Assembly (NCBI RefSeq): GCF_006345805.1
Contig: NC_043002.1
Span: 119,226,001 to 119,290,000, forward strand
Origin: Octopus sinensis
Lineage: Eukaryota
Direction: 5' to 3'
Length of the DNA stretch: 64,000 nt
Position numbers and translations under genes: made by a program. The notes beneath the pieces are model-generated. The model saw only the letters and a program-made list of their open reading frames with translations, ran no database searches and was not told the origin of the DNA. The first letter of the stretch is position 1. Every line of letters starts with the position of its first letter. This document shows, piece by piece, positions 1 through 13,860 of this stretch.

Positions 1-130
1 TACAGAGCCATCCTAGGGAATTTCATTCAAGCCACGGTGCTAAGTTGCCTATTCTGTATATTTAAATTTCACTAAAAATTTATATTTATTCTCAAACATT
101 TTGAGGTTTGGTAAATATTCTTTTTTCTTC

Positions 131-337
131 GAGGCACAAGGCCCGAAATTTTTTATGGGGAGTTGGGGCAGTCGATTAGATCGACCTCAGTACGCAAGTG
201 GTACTTAATTTATCGAGCCCGAAAGGATGAAAGGCAAAGTCGACCTCGCCGAAATTTGAACACAGAGCATAAAGACAGACGAAATACGGCTAAGCATGTC
301 GCCCGGCGTGCTAACGTTTCTGCCAGCTCACCGTCTT
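131..337 (-). mobile_element. SINE family B (tRNA-like head plus central GTCGAC..TTTCATCCTTTCGGGGTCGATAAA..AGTACC domain)
   Basis: Reverse complement of GGCGGTGAGCTGGCAGAAACGTTAGCACGCCGGGCG...GTTCAAATTCCGCCGAGGTCGACTTTGCCTTTCATCC, which recurs more than 15 times in the window. The central block resembles the Nin/Meta SINE domain (recall, unverified). Confidence 0.8.
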
Positions 338-676
338 TGCGATTTGGTAAATATTAGTAACTGAAGAGATCTAATAAGAACAAAACATTCCAGGAATTAC
401 TGATCACTACAAAAGATCAGACTTACTCTCCACTGCATGCCTCAAAATTTAAAATTTACTTGGATTTCAGAGTTAGCCTCTCTCAGTAAGATTTAATTAC
501 TAAAGCTAATTATTTTTCTTCCCCTTACCTGTGTAATATTAATGTATTTTCACTCAAAAGGCTTGACAACACTTGCTCTAGTTGACGCGCAGTGGAACTG
601 AACTCTAAACCACATAACTGTTAGGTGAACTCCTTTATCACAAAGGCATATCTGCGCCTATAAAGGTATTATCTGT

Positions 677-716
<40 letters not shown>

Positions 717-744
717 GTATGTATGTATATATGTGTATATGTAT

Positions 745-1178
745 TCTTTTACTTGTTTCAGTCATTTTGACTGCGGCCATGCTGGAGCACCGCCTTTAAC
801 TCGACCCCTGGGACTTATTCTTTGTAAGCCCAGTACTTATTCTATCGGTGTCTTTTGCCGAACCGCTAAGTGAGAGGGACATAAACATACCAGCATCGGT
901 TGTCAAGCAATGCTAGGGGGACAAACACAGACACACAAACAAACACACACACACACCACCCACACCCCCACCACACACACAAACACATATATATATATAT
1001 AAATATATATATATACGACTGGCTTGTTTCAGTTTCCATCTACCAAATCCACTTACAAGGTTTTTGTCGGTCCGAGGCTATAGTAGAAGACACTTGCCCA
1101 AGGTGCCACGCAGTGGGACTGAACCCGGAACCATGTGGTGGGTAAACAAGCTACTTATCACACAGCCACTCCTGCGCC
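745..1178 (-). mobile_element. SINE family A, full length, with internal (CA)n/(TA)n tract
   Basis: Head AGGCGCAGGAGTGGCTGTG..(A-box)..GGTTCCGGGTTCAGTCCC(B-box-like); tail GAAACAAGTAAAAGA. Near-identical copies at 10976, 52261, 58540 and 61134. Confidence 0.85.
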
Positions 1179-1224
1179 TGATATATATTATATATATATG
1201 TATATATGAATATATATATGTATA

Positions 1225-1276
<52 letters not shown>

Positions 1277-1702
1277 TAATATATATATATATCTATATAT
1301 ATATATATATATATATAACATATATACATACATATATATATATATATATAATATATATATGGTATTTTCTTCAATCGTGAGACCACTCCTACTTTCGTCT
1401 CTTCCGAGATGTATTCTTTTGACGTCAGCCTGCAGATACATGCTCACTATAGTATTTCTTTAGTATTTCTTAAGATAAATTTCTTTCAATATCATATTAG
1501 ACCAGCAGACAGCTGCAATTGCAGAAACATTTGATGCACTAAGTATTAAGTTGATTGCCCCTCTTTCCTTCTGTGTATTTATACGACTCATCTGGAATGA
1601 TTCCTTCTGGACACTGCCATTTCTTTGATCTTTATTGTGTTACTTTGAAATACATCTAACTATTTATAGCATTTCTTCGTGATTTAAAGATCCTATCGTC
1701 TG

Positions 1703-1759
<57 letters not shown>

Positions 1760-1844
1760 TATTATTATTATTATTATTGTTGTTGTTGTTGTTATTATTA
1801 TTATTATTATATATTATTATTATTATTATTGTTGTATTATTATT

Positions 1845-4321
1845 CAGTAGTTTTATTTTTTATAGCGTGCTTTCACTTCACTACCGAGCGCAGCTCTGTG
1901 TGGCTTGGGTATGTGCTGTGATTTTGGTGTGATGCTCTGATGGTTATGTATGGAAAGTGTTCTGCGTAGGATGTGTGCAGTGCCTAGTAGTGCAATTTTT
2001 GTATGTTATATGTGTTTGTAAGTCCTGGTGTTTTTGTTATGTATTTGTCTGAATATTTTTTTATCATGCCTAATGCACCTACTATGATAGGAATTGTTTC
2101 TGTTTTCAGATTCCACATTCTAGTTACCTCTATTTCCAGGTCTTTGTATTTTGAGAGTTTCTCCATTTCTTTTAGACACACGTTGTCATCTGCCGGTATT
2201 GATACATCAATTAGAAAGCATTTTTTTTCTTCATGATCTCTGACAACTATATCTGGCCTGTTGGCCTAATTTCTCTATCTGTGTGTATCGGCATATCCAG
2301 AGTATGGTTGCTTTCTCGTTTTCTGTGACCTTTTCTGGTGTGTGCCTATACATCTTTTTTCTGTTGTTATTCCATAATGCTGGCATAGCTTCCAATGTAT
2401 GTAGGTTCCAACTCTGTCATGTCTGTGAATATATTCTTCTTACCAGACTGGGCAGCTAGAGATAATATGATTTATTGTTTCTTGTCCATCTCCACATATT
2501 CTGCAGTTACTTGTAATATTTCTTTCCATTACATGTTTTTGATAATTTCTGGTGGGGAGGCTTTGGTCTTGTGCTGCAATTAAAATCCCTCTGTTTCTGC
2601 TTTGAGTCCTGAGCTTCTCAACCATTGCTGGGATTTTTCTTGTCTATTTCTTTTGCGTTTGTTTTAGCGCAGTATTTACCATGAAGGGGCTTTTCTTGCC
2701 ATCGTTTTATCATGGTTCGTTGCTGTTCTATTTTTAGTTTGGATTTCATTTGTTTTATAGCTTTGTTGTTTCTTCTTCATCTTCTTCTTCTTCCTTCTTC
2801 TATCCTTTCTTCTTTCTCTTCCTTCTCTTCTTCTTCTGTGTTTATTAGGTGGTATGATTTCTTGTTTGTATTGTGTCAGCTTCCTTAAATACTGAGAACA
2901 ATTTTTTGTTTTGCTCGTGTTTTGCTGCTATCTGGATCAGTTTTCCTTCCTTCTGAAGTAGTATTTTTGCAGTCCTATGGTGGTTATTTTATAGTAGTTT
3001 TCCAGCTGTATAAGGCCTCTACCACCTTCTATACGTTGTATTATAGTCTTTCTATGTCAGATTTTGGGTGATGCATCCTAGATCCTGTCAGTATTTTTCT
3101 TGTTTCCTCCTATCTATTTTGGACAGTTCATTTCGTGTCCAGTTAAGGTATTGTAGCTGTAACTTATAACTGGGACAGCTAAAGTGTTGATACCTATTAT
3201 CTTGCTTTTAGCATTGAGCTCTGTGTTAGTATTGATCTAACTCGTCTATAATATTCTTTTTTTATTTTCTCTTTCATTTGTGTGTGTGTTTTGTCTATCT
3301 AGTTCATGGATTCCTAAGTATTTGTAAGTTTGGCTTTGGTCTAATTCTTTTATTTCATTGGTTTTATCTAGTGTGATGTTGTTACTCTTAACTAGTTTTC
3401 CTCTTTTCATGGTTACTTTGGCGCATTTTTCTAATCCGAATTTCATATCTTTTCTTTGGTAAATCATGAACTGTCTTTAATAGTGTTTCCAGCTGTTTGT
3501 CATTTGCAGGTATAGTTTTAGGTCATCCATATATAAAGGTGGCTGATCGTTTTGCCGTAACATTTATATCCGCATCCAGTTCTATTTAGCTATCAGATAG
3601 AGGTGACAGTGCCAAGCAGAAAGGAGTGGAGAGAGCGTGTCTCCCGGAATATTCCTCTTCTAATGGGATGTTTGGTTTTCATGAGTCCCTCTTTTGTTTG
3701 GAGGTGTAGGACTGTTTGCCATTTATTCATAGAGTGCTCTATGAATTTTATGATTGTTGGTGCTACTTTGTTAATGGCTAGTGTTTCGAGGATCCATGTG
3801 TGGGGGATGCTATCAAACGCCTTTTTGTAGTCAATCAGGCCATACTGAGGCCTTTCTTCTTTCTGTGGATGTCTTCAGTTACGGCTTTATTAATCATTGT
3901 TGATCTTTACAGCCATATGAGCCTTTGCGGCATCCTTTCTGCTCTTCTGGGAAACAGTTTGTTTTCGTCCAGTTGCTTGTTCAGCCTTTGCGATATCACT
4001 GCAGTAAATGCCTTGAACATAGTAGGGAGGCAGGTTATTGGTCTTTAGTTTTCTGGTTTTGCTGTTTCATTGATTTCGGAATTAAGATGGTTTTCCCCTT
4101 CGTGAGCCATTCAGGCATTGTCTCTGGCTCTGCTAGTATGCTGTTAAAGTTTTCAGCCAGCTTTTTGTGCATTCCTGTTAGATATTTCAACCAGAAGTTG
4201 GGGATCTTGTCATGCCCAGGTGCCTTCCAGTTGCTTAGTTTTTGCAGTGCCTGGGTGACCTCTTCAGTTGTTATGGGGGTCCAAAGTTGTTCAGATGCCG
4301 AGTTTGTTATTTTGATACTCC

Positions 4322-4324
<3 letters not shown>
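1845..4324 (-). mobile_element. 5'-truncated R4/Dong-like non-LTR retrotransposon (RT, CCHC, restriction-like endonuclease), degraded
   Basis: Minus-strand translation gives LSNWKAPGHDKIPNFWLK, YMDDLKLY, CRICGDGQETINHIISSC and KYKDLEIEVTRMWNLKTETIPIIVGALG. Flanked on both sides by (ATT)n/(TAA)n. Contains frameshifts and stops. Confidence 0.85.
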
Positions 4325-4389
<65 letters not shown>

Positions 4390-4446
4390 TATTATTATTA
4401 TTATTATTATCATTATTATTATTATTTATTTTTAAAAATAAAAGCA

Positions 4447-4660
4447 GTGAACTTGTAGAATCGTTAGCACGCCCCAGGCGAAATGCCTAGCAGCGTTTTG
4501 TCCGTCTTCCCGTTCTGAGTTCACATTCCGCCGAGGACCACTTTGTCTTTCATCCCTTCGGAGTTCGATAAAATAGGTAGCAGTTGAGAATTGGGGCTGA
4601 TGTCATCGACTTATACCCACCGCCGAAATTACTGGTCTTGTTCCAAAATTTGAAACCAGT
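4447..4660 (+). mobile_element. SINE family B, diverged
   Basis: AGAATCGTTAGCACGCC...GTTCTGAGTTCACATTCCGCCGAGG...TTTCATCCCTTCGGAG matches the family consensus. Confidence 0.75.
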
Positions 4661-4787
4661 TTATAATAATAATAATTAATAATAATAATAATAATAGTAT
4701 TATTATTATTATATTATTATTATTATTATTATTATTTAATGATTATTATTCTATTATCTCATCATCATCATCATATTATTATTATTA

Positions 4788-5324
4788 TTGAGTGAGAGAG
4801 CAGTTCATGCCATCAAAGTGACACTGGGGTAAAATATACGAAGCCCAATATACCCATCATGACTACCCGTCTGATAAGGGTACACTAGACACATGCATCA
4901 CAACCATATGTGCGCGACATGGTGATCTCATATCAAGATAAACAGCACATGACCTTGCAGGTGGGGCCCAGTTAGAATTTTCTTCAGGTTGAGTAGCCCA
5001 TCCCGCTCAAACGGTCCCTGAATAGGGTTGTTTAGGATGTTGAACGAACCACCCATGTTTCCAGAGGTGAATTATTCAAACCCCAAAGAATCCCTCTCAA
5101 CACATGGCTATGATGCTCCCCCACTACTTCTGCTCGTGATCAGAGATGCACATATCGTCAGCCACTAAGGGACATGCTCAACTGGTTAAGATCAAACAAC
5201 TGACAAGAATATTTGCTGTAGCCCATCTTTTATACGAAGACAAAACAATGTACATGATAACACTTCCAATCAGTTAAGATAAGGAGCCATGAGAGCCTCT
5301 GCCTGGTACTGCATCAGGGCATTT
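4788..5324 (-). mobile_element. Family D: ~550-bp non-coding element inserted in (AAT)n
   Basis: Reverse complement of copies at 13297-13860 and 14767-15325. (ATT)n on both sides; no ORF. Strand is inferred. Confidence 0.8.
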
Positions 5325-5329
5325 ATTAT

Positions 5330-5960
5330 TATTATTATGGTTTAACCCACTTTATAGCATGAATGTAACCACTAGCATAGCGACGAAATTTTAAAAATTA
5401 ATAGACAATCACTTCCCACATTGACATAAATGCCACAAGATTTTCAACAGAAACACTGTTAAAGTTAGCTATAGTTGCCTTCCCAATATAGGCTCAAAAC
5501 TATTCAATCACAATAAAAATAAACACACCAGAGATACCCTCGAATGACAATGCAACTTCAAATTTCCAAACCGCTGCCCTCTAAACAACAACCATTTCGA
5601 TAAAGAACTTATATACAAGTCCAAGACCACAGCTCCCAACGGAGTAGCAAAGACGCATATCGGAATGATGGACAACTCATTCAAAAAAGGTACACACAAC
5701 CCTGGCGTCATTCAGAGAGAAAAATTATACAAAAAAAGCACACGCAACATCCCTATCCAATATGATATGGAGATTGAATGAAGGTAGAATAAGTAACCTC
5801 CGGATAAAATGGAACAATACTGCTAAAGCCAGAAAATGCAGAGATACAGAGTTCACCAAATGTGAACTCTGTATCACTGAAAAACTAAATATCATACAAC
5901 CAACAGATAAAAACCCTAAATATTATGGATGAAATCTTCTCTTCCATCATACACAAGCAA
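5330..5960 (+). mobile_element. Penelope-like element, GIY-YIG endonuclease remnant
   Basis: Translates to [44 protein letters not shown], and later CELCITEKLNI. Typical PLE linker and EN, with frameshifts. Confidence 0.65.
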
Positions 5961-7511
5961 TATTTCAAATTTAAACACTCCAAAGAGGAACCACCACTTG
6001 TGCCGCTAATGCCATTAGGATGGCCCCTTTCCTGAACGTGAAATTTGAATATACATAGCACACAAACTCCACATCAGAAGAAATATGCCCTCATGATGGA
6101 CTATCTCATTACACAAGCATACCAACATCGCACACACACAGAATATATAAGATAATGCAAACAAATTTACCATCCGACACGGTTGTTTGCCCAGAACTCA
6201 AACCCAAGGGAGGTAACCACTCAAAAGATGTAATCTAAGAGAAGCACCCTTGATTTATTGTTTTCTTTACGAGAATCTCCGCGAATGCAACGAGACTTTG
6301 TGTTTATCCAAAATGGAAACGAAAACCATTACTCCATGTGATAGGCTTGAAAAATTGTTAAGATATTAAGATATCTTCCTATTTTTCTCAACATGAAGCC
6401 AATGGTGGCCTTAATTTACAAATAAAGAAACTTTATTCACAAATGCGGTGTTGAGCACTCATTTTCATCGTTCGACGTTTATGTATGTATGTATGTATGC
6501 ATGTATGTATGTATGTATGTATGTATGTATGTATGTATGTATGTATGTATGTATGTACGTATGCATGTATGTATGTATGTATGTATATATATATATATAT
6601 ATATATATACCACCACCCTAAGACACACAAACACAACACACGGATTTATTTCTGTATATGAATATATGTCTAGGTATATTTATATACATGCGTATATGTA
6701 AAGATGTACATATATGTATTAACAATCATTTTATGTTCACAACTGCTTTATGCCGTAATAATAATATCATCAAGTATCAATGCGACCTGCATATAAACAT
6801 TTCTGTTTCCCTGTATCGGGATAGAGACAGAGATTGTGCTGTACCTGTTGTAGCGGAACAGGGCGGACATGGACAACGAAAGAACTTTTAATATTTAGTT
6901 ATACATTATACTATTACAAAGAAAAGCATAGGGGAATATACTTGTGTTTCTGATTTCTATCATCACTGTACCATGTTGCAATTGTTTCCCTTATATGTCA
7001 TTTCTTATAGATGAAAATTAAACCGAATCTGCGAAGCATATATATTAACGCGAGAGCGAAACATTGGGATTCGAATTCGATCAGATACCAAGAATTAAAA
7101 GTAACTGATCGGAAATACTTGCCGTCATGTTGGTGTTTACTATTGATATAGTGAAAAAGATCGATGCAAAAAAAAAGAAAAAAACAAAAAAAGAAAGAAA
7201 AAAGAGGAAAAAGAAAATGATAAAAATGTATACGGGGATGTACAGTTGTTTGAAGATAGCAATATCTTAATTGCAATGACGAATGGCGTTTGGTCTAATT
7301 ATGTTAAGTATAGGAAAGTTGGAATGAAGACTTAAAAATTGTGTGTGGTGTTTGTGTGTGAGTGTGTGTGTCTGTGTGTATGCATATATTATATATATAT
7401 ATATATATATCAAAGTACACATACGCACATAAATATATACTTATACGCATATTTATGCATATATATGTATACATATACATACATACATACATACATATCT
7501 ACGATACATAC

Positions 7512-7549
<38 letters not shown>

Positions 7550-8202
7550 TATATATATATATATGCTGTATATACATATACATTTCTATATAATACATAT
7601 ATAATATATATACGCATAATGTATATATATAAATTATGTATATTCACAAAACAAAAATACCATCAGATTCATATTACATACGTATATACAATATCTGTAT
7701 GTGTGTGTATATATATATATATTATATATAGATATATATATATATATTATTATATATATATGATATATATATAATAATATATATATATATATCTATACAT
7801 ACATACGTATATATAGTCGCACACACACACCTACAGACACACACACACGCGCATGCTCGAGTACAAAACTGCTTCTTTCTCCGTCACAAAAGATAGATGC
7901 AGCGAAATCAAATCTGCCACCATAACAACAGAAGCGAAGTAGATGAGACATATTACATATTATACAGCTACAATAAATAAGTATATACATAAAGAACTGA
8001 AAAAAATATTATTTAAGCGAGATGTGAAAAAGATAAGAAATGATATCAAACATAATCGATTGTATATTGGATGGAGTGTAAGAAAGAGGAACCGATTCTA
8101 TTTATTAATTAATCTTCAGCCTCCCACACTCTCATTTTGAATCTGTTCTTTAGTCTTTCTTCCAGTGGAGTGATGATAATAATAATATTAATAATAAAAA
8201 TG

Positions 8203-8234
<32 letters not shown>

Positions 8235-8785
8235 TATAATAATAAAAATAATGATGATGATGATAACAATTATTGATATATGTGTATATATAGGTGTTTA
8301 TGTATGTATGTATGTATGTATGTATATATATATATGAGTATGTATATACATATTTCATTTATAAGTGTAATGTAAAAAGGGGAAACAAGATAAGAAAGAC
8401 ATCAGAATTTATGTATATGAATATATATATATATATATATATATATGGCAGACATTCATTCACGCCTATAAACACAGCGAAGCTATATACAGACGCACAC
8501 ACATATATGCGCATATATGAATACATATAAATTTACATGTATGTAAGTTTGTAATGTATCTATGCATATATAAACATGTGTGTGTGTGTGAGTCTGTGTG
8601 AGTGTGTGTTTGCGTGTGGGTACGTATTAAAGAAATATATTTCATATACACTCCCTGCCACACAAATAACTTTGTGGTTATTATATATTAAACATCGTAC
8701 ACCCTCACACACACATATAGTTTGGAGCACACATGCATGCATGCTTATGTATGCGCATGTGTATATACTACTACTACTACTACTA

Positions 8786-8823
<38 letters not shown>

Positions 8824-9255
8824 AACTGCTGCTGCTACAGCTGTTGCTGCTTTTATTATCCTCACCATTAGCTGCCAAAATCATTAGCACTCCGGACAAA
8901 ATTCCTTACGGCATTTAGTCCGTCTTGACACTCTGAGTTCAAGTTCCGTCGACGTCGACTTTCGGGCTCAATAAATTAAGGATTAGTCGAGCAGTGAAGT
9001 GGTTTTAATCGACTAACCCTCCCTACCACCCCTAAAAGTTCTGGCTATGTGCCAGGATTATTATTATCATTATTATCCTTATTTTTATGTTAATATTAAT
9101 ATTGTTGTTGTCATTGTTATTTACACACAGCAATGAAAACGTTCCGCCTCAATTCAGTCCGGGTCTTGCGGCGTTATGTTCTACGACTGTCGATGTGTTG
9201 GTCGGATTTGGCTGTCAGCCGTATCCATCATGATGATTGCTTCGTGGCTCTCCTG

Positions 9256-9639
9256 TGGAAGCACTCCGTCGGTTACGACGACGAGGGTTCCGGTTGATCC
9301 GAATCAACGGAACAGCCTGCTCGTGAAATTAACGTGTAAGTGACTGAGCACTCCACAGACACGTGCACCCTTAACGTAGTTCTCAGGGATATTCAGCGTG
9401 ACACAGAGAGTGACAAGGCCGGCCCTTTGAAATACAGGTACTACAGAAACAGGAAGTAAGAGTGAGAGAAAGTTGTGGTGAAAGAGTACAGCAGGGATCA
9501 CCACCATCCCCTGCTGGAGCCTCGTGGAGCTTTAGGTGCTTTCGCTCAATAAACACTCACAATGCCCGGTCTGGGAATCGAAACCGCGATCCTATGACCG
9601 CGAGTCCGCTGCCCTAACCACTGGGCCATTGCGCCTCCA
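9256..9639 (-). mobile_element. SINE family C, full length
   Basis: tRNA-like head GGAGGCGCAATGGCCCAGTGGTTAGGGCAGCGGACTCGCGGTC..GGTTTCGATTCCC; 3' end GTAACCGACGGAGTGCTTCCA. Second near-identical copy at 10032. Confidence 0.85.
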
Positions 9640-10960
9640 CGGCTCTCCTATAACCATGCACAGAAAAGCAGTGTTACTCTGTCTAGTGACTCTTTCGAAG
9701 GAGTTTGTGCGGTGGATGGATTGAATGGTCGAGAGCAAACACTTACCTATTCCGTCAATCTCTTGGCGACTTTTTCAGGTTTCATTTTCAAAATGGATGG
9801 GAATCTGTAGAAGGAAATGTTGTCCATGAATAAGTTTTGGTGAGAACCAAAACTGGCAAGATTGGATGAAACTACTCTAAACTTCTGCCTATAGGGAGGA
9901 GAATGAATGTTGGAGCTGACACTTGCCTTTGGTGTTCAAGGTAATCTTGGATTGGTGGGGCACCCGAATTGGCCTTATTTACAGATCCTTCTCTGTCAGA
10001 AGAACTGCGTTATCCTCATCATGTCTAAGCGTGGACGCACTCCGTCGGTTACGACGATGGGTTCCGGTTGATCCGACTAACGGAACAGCCTGCTCGTGTG
10101 ATTAACGTGTAAGTGGCTGAGCACTCAACAGACACGTGTACCCTCAACGTAGTTCTCGGGGATATTCAGCGTGACACAGAGAGTGACAAGGCCGGCCCCT
10201 TGAAATACAGGTACATCAGAAACAGGAAGTAAGAGTGAGAGAAAGTTGTGGTGAAAGAGTACAGCAGGGATCACCACCATCCCCTGCCGGAGCGTCGTGG
10301 AGCTTTAGGTGTTTTCGCTCAATAAACACTCAAAACGCCCAGTCTGGGAATCGAAACCGCGATCCTACGACCGCGAGTCCGCTGCCCTAACCACTGGGCC
10401 ATTGCGCCTCCAGTCTAAGTGTATTTCATTTTTCTTTTGTCTCATTCACATCCTCGGATCGAGCTGGATGACGAAAAGTGTGGAGTGGAGTGAAAGCTTT
10501 TGAGGAGGCCAGAATGACACATGCAAGACTGAAAAGGGATTCAGAGAAGAATGTTGCGATCGAGAAGGTGAATCTCAGCGACCTTTTTGCGTGCACAGTT
10601 TGTGACAGACCATGCCTTTCTTTTGTTGGGCTCAAATCTCATTTGCGGATCCATGAAAAACGAACCTCCACCAACTACTCTGCCTATATATCTGTGCACA
10701 CTTTTCAATGCTGTGTATGTCAGAAGGTTAGCAAATCTAACGGAGGCCTCAAAAGACATTTTAAGATCCACAGAGATCAGAACTTAACTGCAGCTCTTGG
10801 TGGACCAAATCATATCTGTAATCTATGTGGGTGTCTTTTCAATACACTGTCTTGTTTAAAATGCAGCCACATGGGACGCCATGATGGGTCTAAGGTGTAA
10901 GTACAAGAGGTGGCCAGACTTTGCATATGGTGTAGATAACTATATATATATATGTATATA
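9640..10960 (+). mobile_element. RTE-clade LINE 3' part with C-terminal triple C2H2 array, interrupted by SINE C
   Basis: DRSSWMTKVWSGVKAFEEAR (typical RTE C-terminus) followed by ORF 10478-10900 with CTVC..GLKSHLRIH, CCVC..GLKRHFKIH and CNLC..LKCSHMGRH. Confidence 0.7.
10032..10411 (-). mobile_element. SINE family C inside RTE LINE
   Basis: Full family C sequence; probable TSD GTCTAAG(C/T)GT at 10023 and 10413. Confidence 0.85.
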
Positions 10961-10975
10961 TATTGTGTAGTATAT

Positions 10976-11170
10976 AGGCGCAGGAGTGGCTCATAGGTAC
11001 TGGAGTGGATACATGGTAAGTAGCTTGTTTACCAACCACATAGTTCTGGCTTGAGTCCCACTGCGTGGCCTCTTGAGAAAGTATCTTCTACTAGAGCCTC
11101 GTACCAACCGAAGCTTTGTGAGTGGATTTGGTAGACGGAAACTGAAAGAAGCCCATCGTATATATATATA

Positions 11171-11208
<38 letters not shown>

Positions 11209-11368
11209 GTATATACTATATATATATATTATATATATATGTATATATATATTATATATATAATATATTCTATATGTATATTTATATATATGTGTAATAT
11301 ATATATATATTATATATACCTATATATATATATATATATTTATTATATATTTTATATATATATTATAT

Positions 11369-11428
<60 letters not shown>

Positions 11429-11618
11429 TGTGTTTGTCCCTCCAACAACGCTTGACAACCGATACTGGCGTATTTACGTCACCGTAATCTAATGGTTCGG
11501 TAAAAGAGACCAATAGAATAAGTACTAAGCTAAGGCTTACAAAGAATAAGTCCTGCGCTTGATTTTTCGATAAAGACAGTGGTCCCAGTATGGCCGCAGT
11601 AAAATGGCTGAAATAAAT
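10976..11618 (+). mobile_element. SINE family A with internal (TA)n expanded to ~270 bp
   Basis: Head AGGCGCAGGAGTGGC at 10976; body resumes at TGTCTGTGTTTGTCCC (11424) after the TA-rich tract. Confidence 0.8.
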
Positions 11619-11678
11619 AACAGAATATATGTGTATATATATATATATGTATATATTATATATATACATATATATATA

Positions 11679-11761
<83 letters not shown>

Positions 11762-11844
11762 TACGTACATACATATATGTATAAATATATATATGGATAT
11801 ATGTATGTATATATATATATATATTTACACGTATATACATATAT

Positions 11845-11876
<32 letters not shown>

Positions 11877-12018
11877 TCATACATGCATGCATGCATACAT
11901 ACATACATACACAAATACATATGTACATGCACACACACACACAAATATCCATATATCTTATCAACGTCTTTTTGGTTAGTCCTCATCCATCATTCTGGTG
12001 GCAAATAAAATATCCATC

Positions 12019-12097
<79 letters not shown>

Positions 12098-12126
12098 CAT
12101 TATAATCATTATAATTATTGTTATTA

Positions 12127-12163
<37 letters not shown>

Positions 12164-12164
12164 T

Positions 12165-12235
<71 letters not shown>

Positions 12236-12298
12236 CATTATTATTATTATCATCATTATCATTATTATTATTATCATCATTATCATTATTATTATTAC

Positions 12299-12361
<63 letters not shown>
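12019..12361. repeat. (ATT)n/(ATC)n compound microsatellite
   Basis: Directly visible; source of the poly-N/Y/I/L ORFs. Confidence 0.95.
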
Positions 12362-12556
12362 ATGCATGTGAAATATGAGTCCACTTCTCTGTTTTATCCG
12401 TACAGATATAAATTATATAAAGCACAAACTTTTATCATGATATTTATAATTATAATATGCAACCATACAGATATGAATAAGTAAAAATAAATACTAAACA
12501 CAGATCGTTATATCATGTAATATATTATATATATATATATATATTAATATATATAT

Positions 12557-12607
<51 letters not shown>

Positions 12608-13235
12608 CATGTATATGAATGTATATGTGCACGCACACATATATGCATAAAAAATATGTACACATATAGATATATATGTGTGTATGAGCATATATGCACT
12701 GATGCGTGCATACGTACACAAATGCATACATACATACATGCATGTATGTATGCATATATATACATACATATACGCGCACAGACGTATCTAGTTACACAGA
12801 TGAATATATGGGCAAAAGTAACTTTCGGAAATAAAACTCCTGATTGGATAGTTGTATGACAGATCAATAATAATCTATAAATGCACGAATTGATAGCAAG
12901 AAATGTCATTTAGGATTCAGCAATGAAAAATAATTGAAACAAAGACCAATTAAGATAGTAAAATTGTTCGCGGCTTGCTGAAAAAATAAATCTGTATAAT
13001 AAACGAATTATTAAAGCAACTCCTTTGACATAAGTCTTTTTTCCCACTTACATTATTCTTGCAAAAGATTACTATTTTCTTATATTGTAGACACATGAGT
13101 TCATGGATGTAATTTGTAGTAATGGTAACATTAGCTTACTTTTTGAATTAAGTACAGGGTGAGTGACTTGCAGTGAAGTTAAGGGTGGAAAAGAGACATT
13201 TATACCTCTCTCATAGGATTTTTGACAGCGTAATA

Positions 13236-13270
<35 letters not shown>

Positions 13271-13296
13271 TAATAATAATAATAATAATAATATAA

Positions 13297-13860
13297 TACC
13301 ATCAGTGGCTGGCTCTCATGGCTTCTGATCTTAACTGATTGGAAGTGTTATCATGTACATTGTTTTGTCTTGGTATAAAAGATGGGCTACAGCAAATATT
13401 CTGCTCAATACCACAGATTTGCTCGTCAGTTGTTGACCTTAACCTTTGATCATGTCCCTTAGTGGCTGACGATATGTGCATCTCTGATCACGAGCAGAAG
13501 TAGTGGGGGAGCATCATAGCATGTGTTGAGTGGGATTCTTTGGGGTTTGAATAGTTCACCTCTGGAAACACGAGTGGTTCTTTCAACATCCTTAAACAAC
13601 CCTTATTCAGGGACTTTTGAGCGGGATGGGCTACTCAACCTGAAGAAAATTCTAACTGGGCCCCACCTGCAAGGTCATGTGCTGTTTATCTTGATATGAG
13701 ATCACCATGTCGCGCACATATAGTTGTGATGCCTGTGCACAACATATAGTTGTGATGCCTGGTGTACCCTTATCAGACGGGCAGTCATGATGGGTATACT
13801 GGGCTTCGTATATTTTACCCCAGTGTCACTTTGATGGCATGAACTGCTCTCTCACTCAAT
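13297..13860 (+). mobile_element. Family D element, lacking the first ~15 nt, in (AAT)n
   Basis: Same sequence as 4788-5324 in reverse complement. Ends CTCTCTCACTCAAT + (TAA)n; has a small internal duplication (ACATATAGTTGTGATGCC x2). Confidence 0.8.

Noticed and set aside
355-430. CTGAAGA-GATCT..AGATC hammerhead-like start (similar at 41295, 45165, 50218, 63710, 32085)
   Set aside because: No GAAA core half in register and/or no NUH with stem I; expected by chance.
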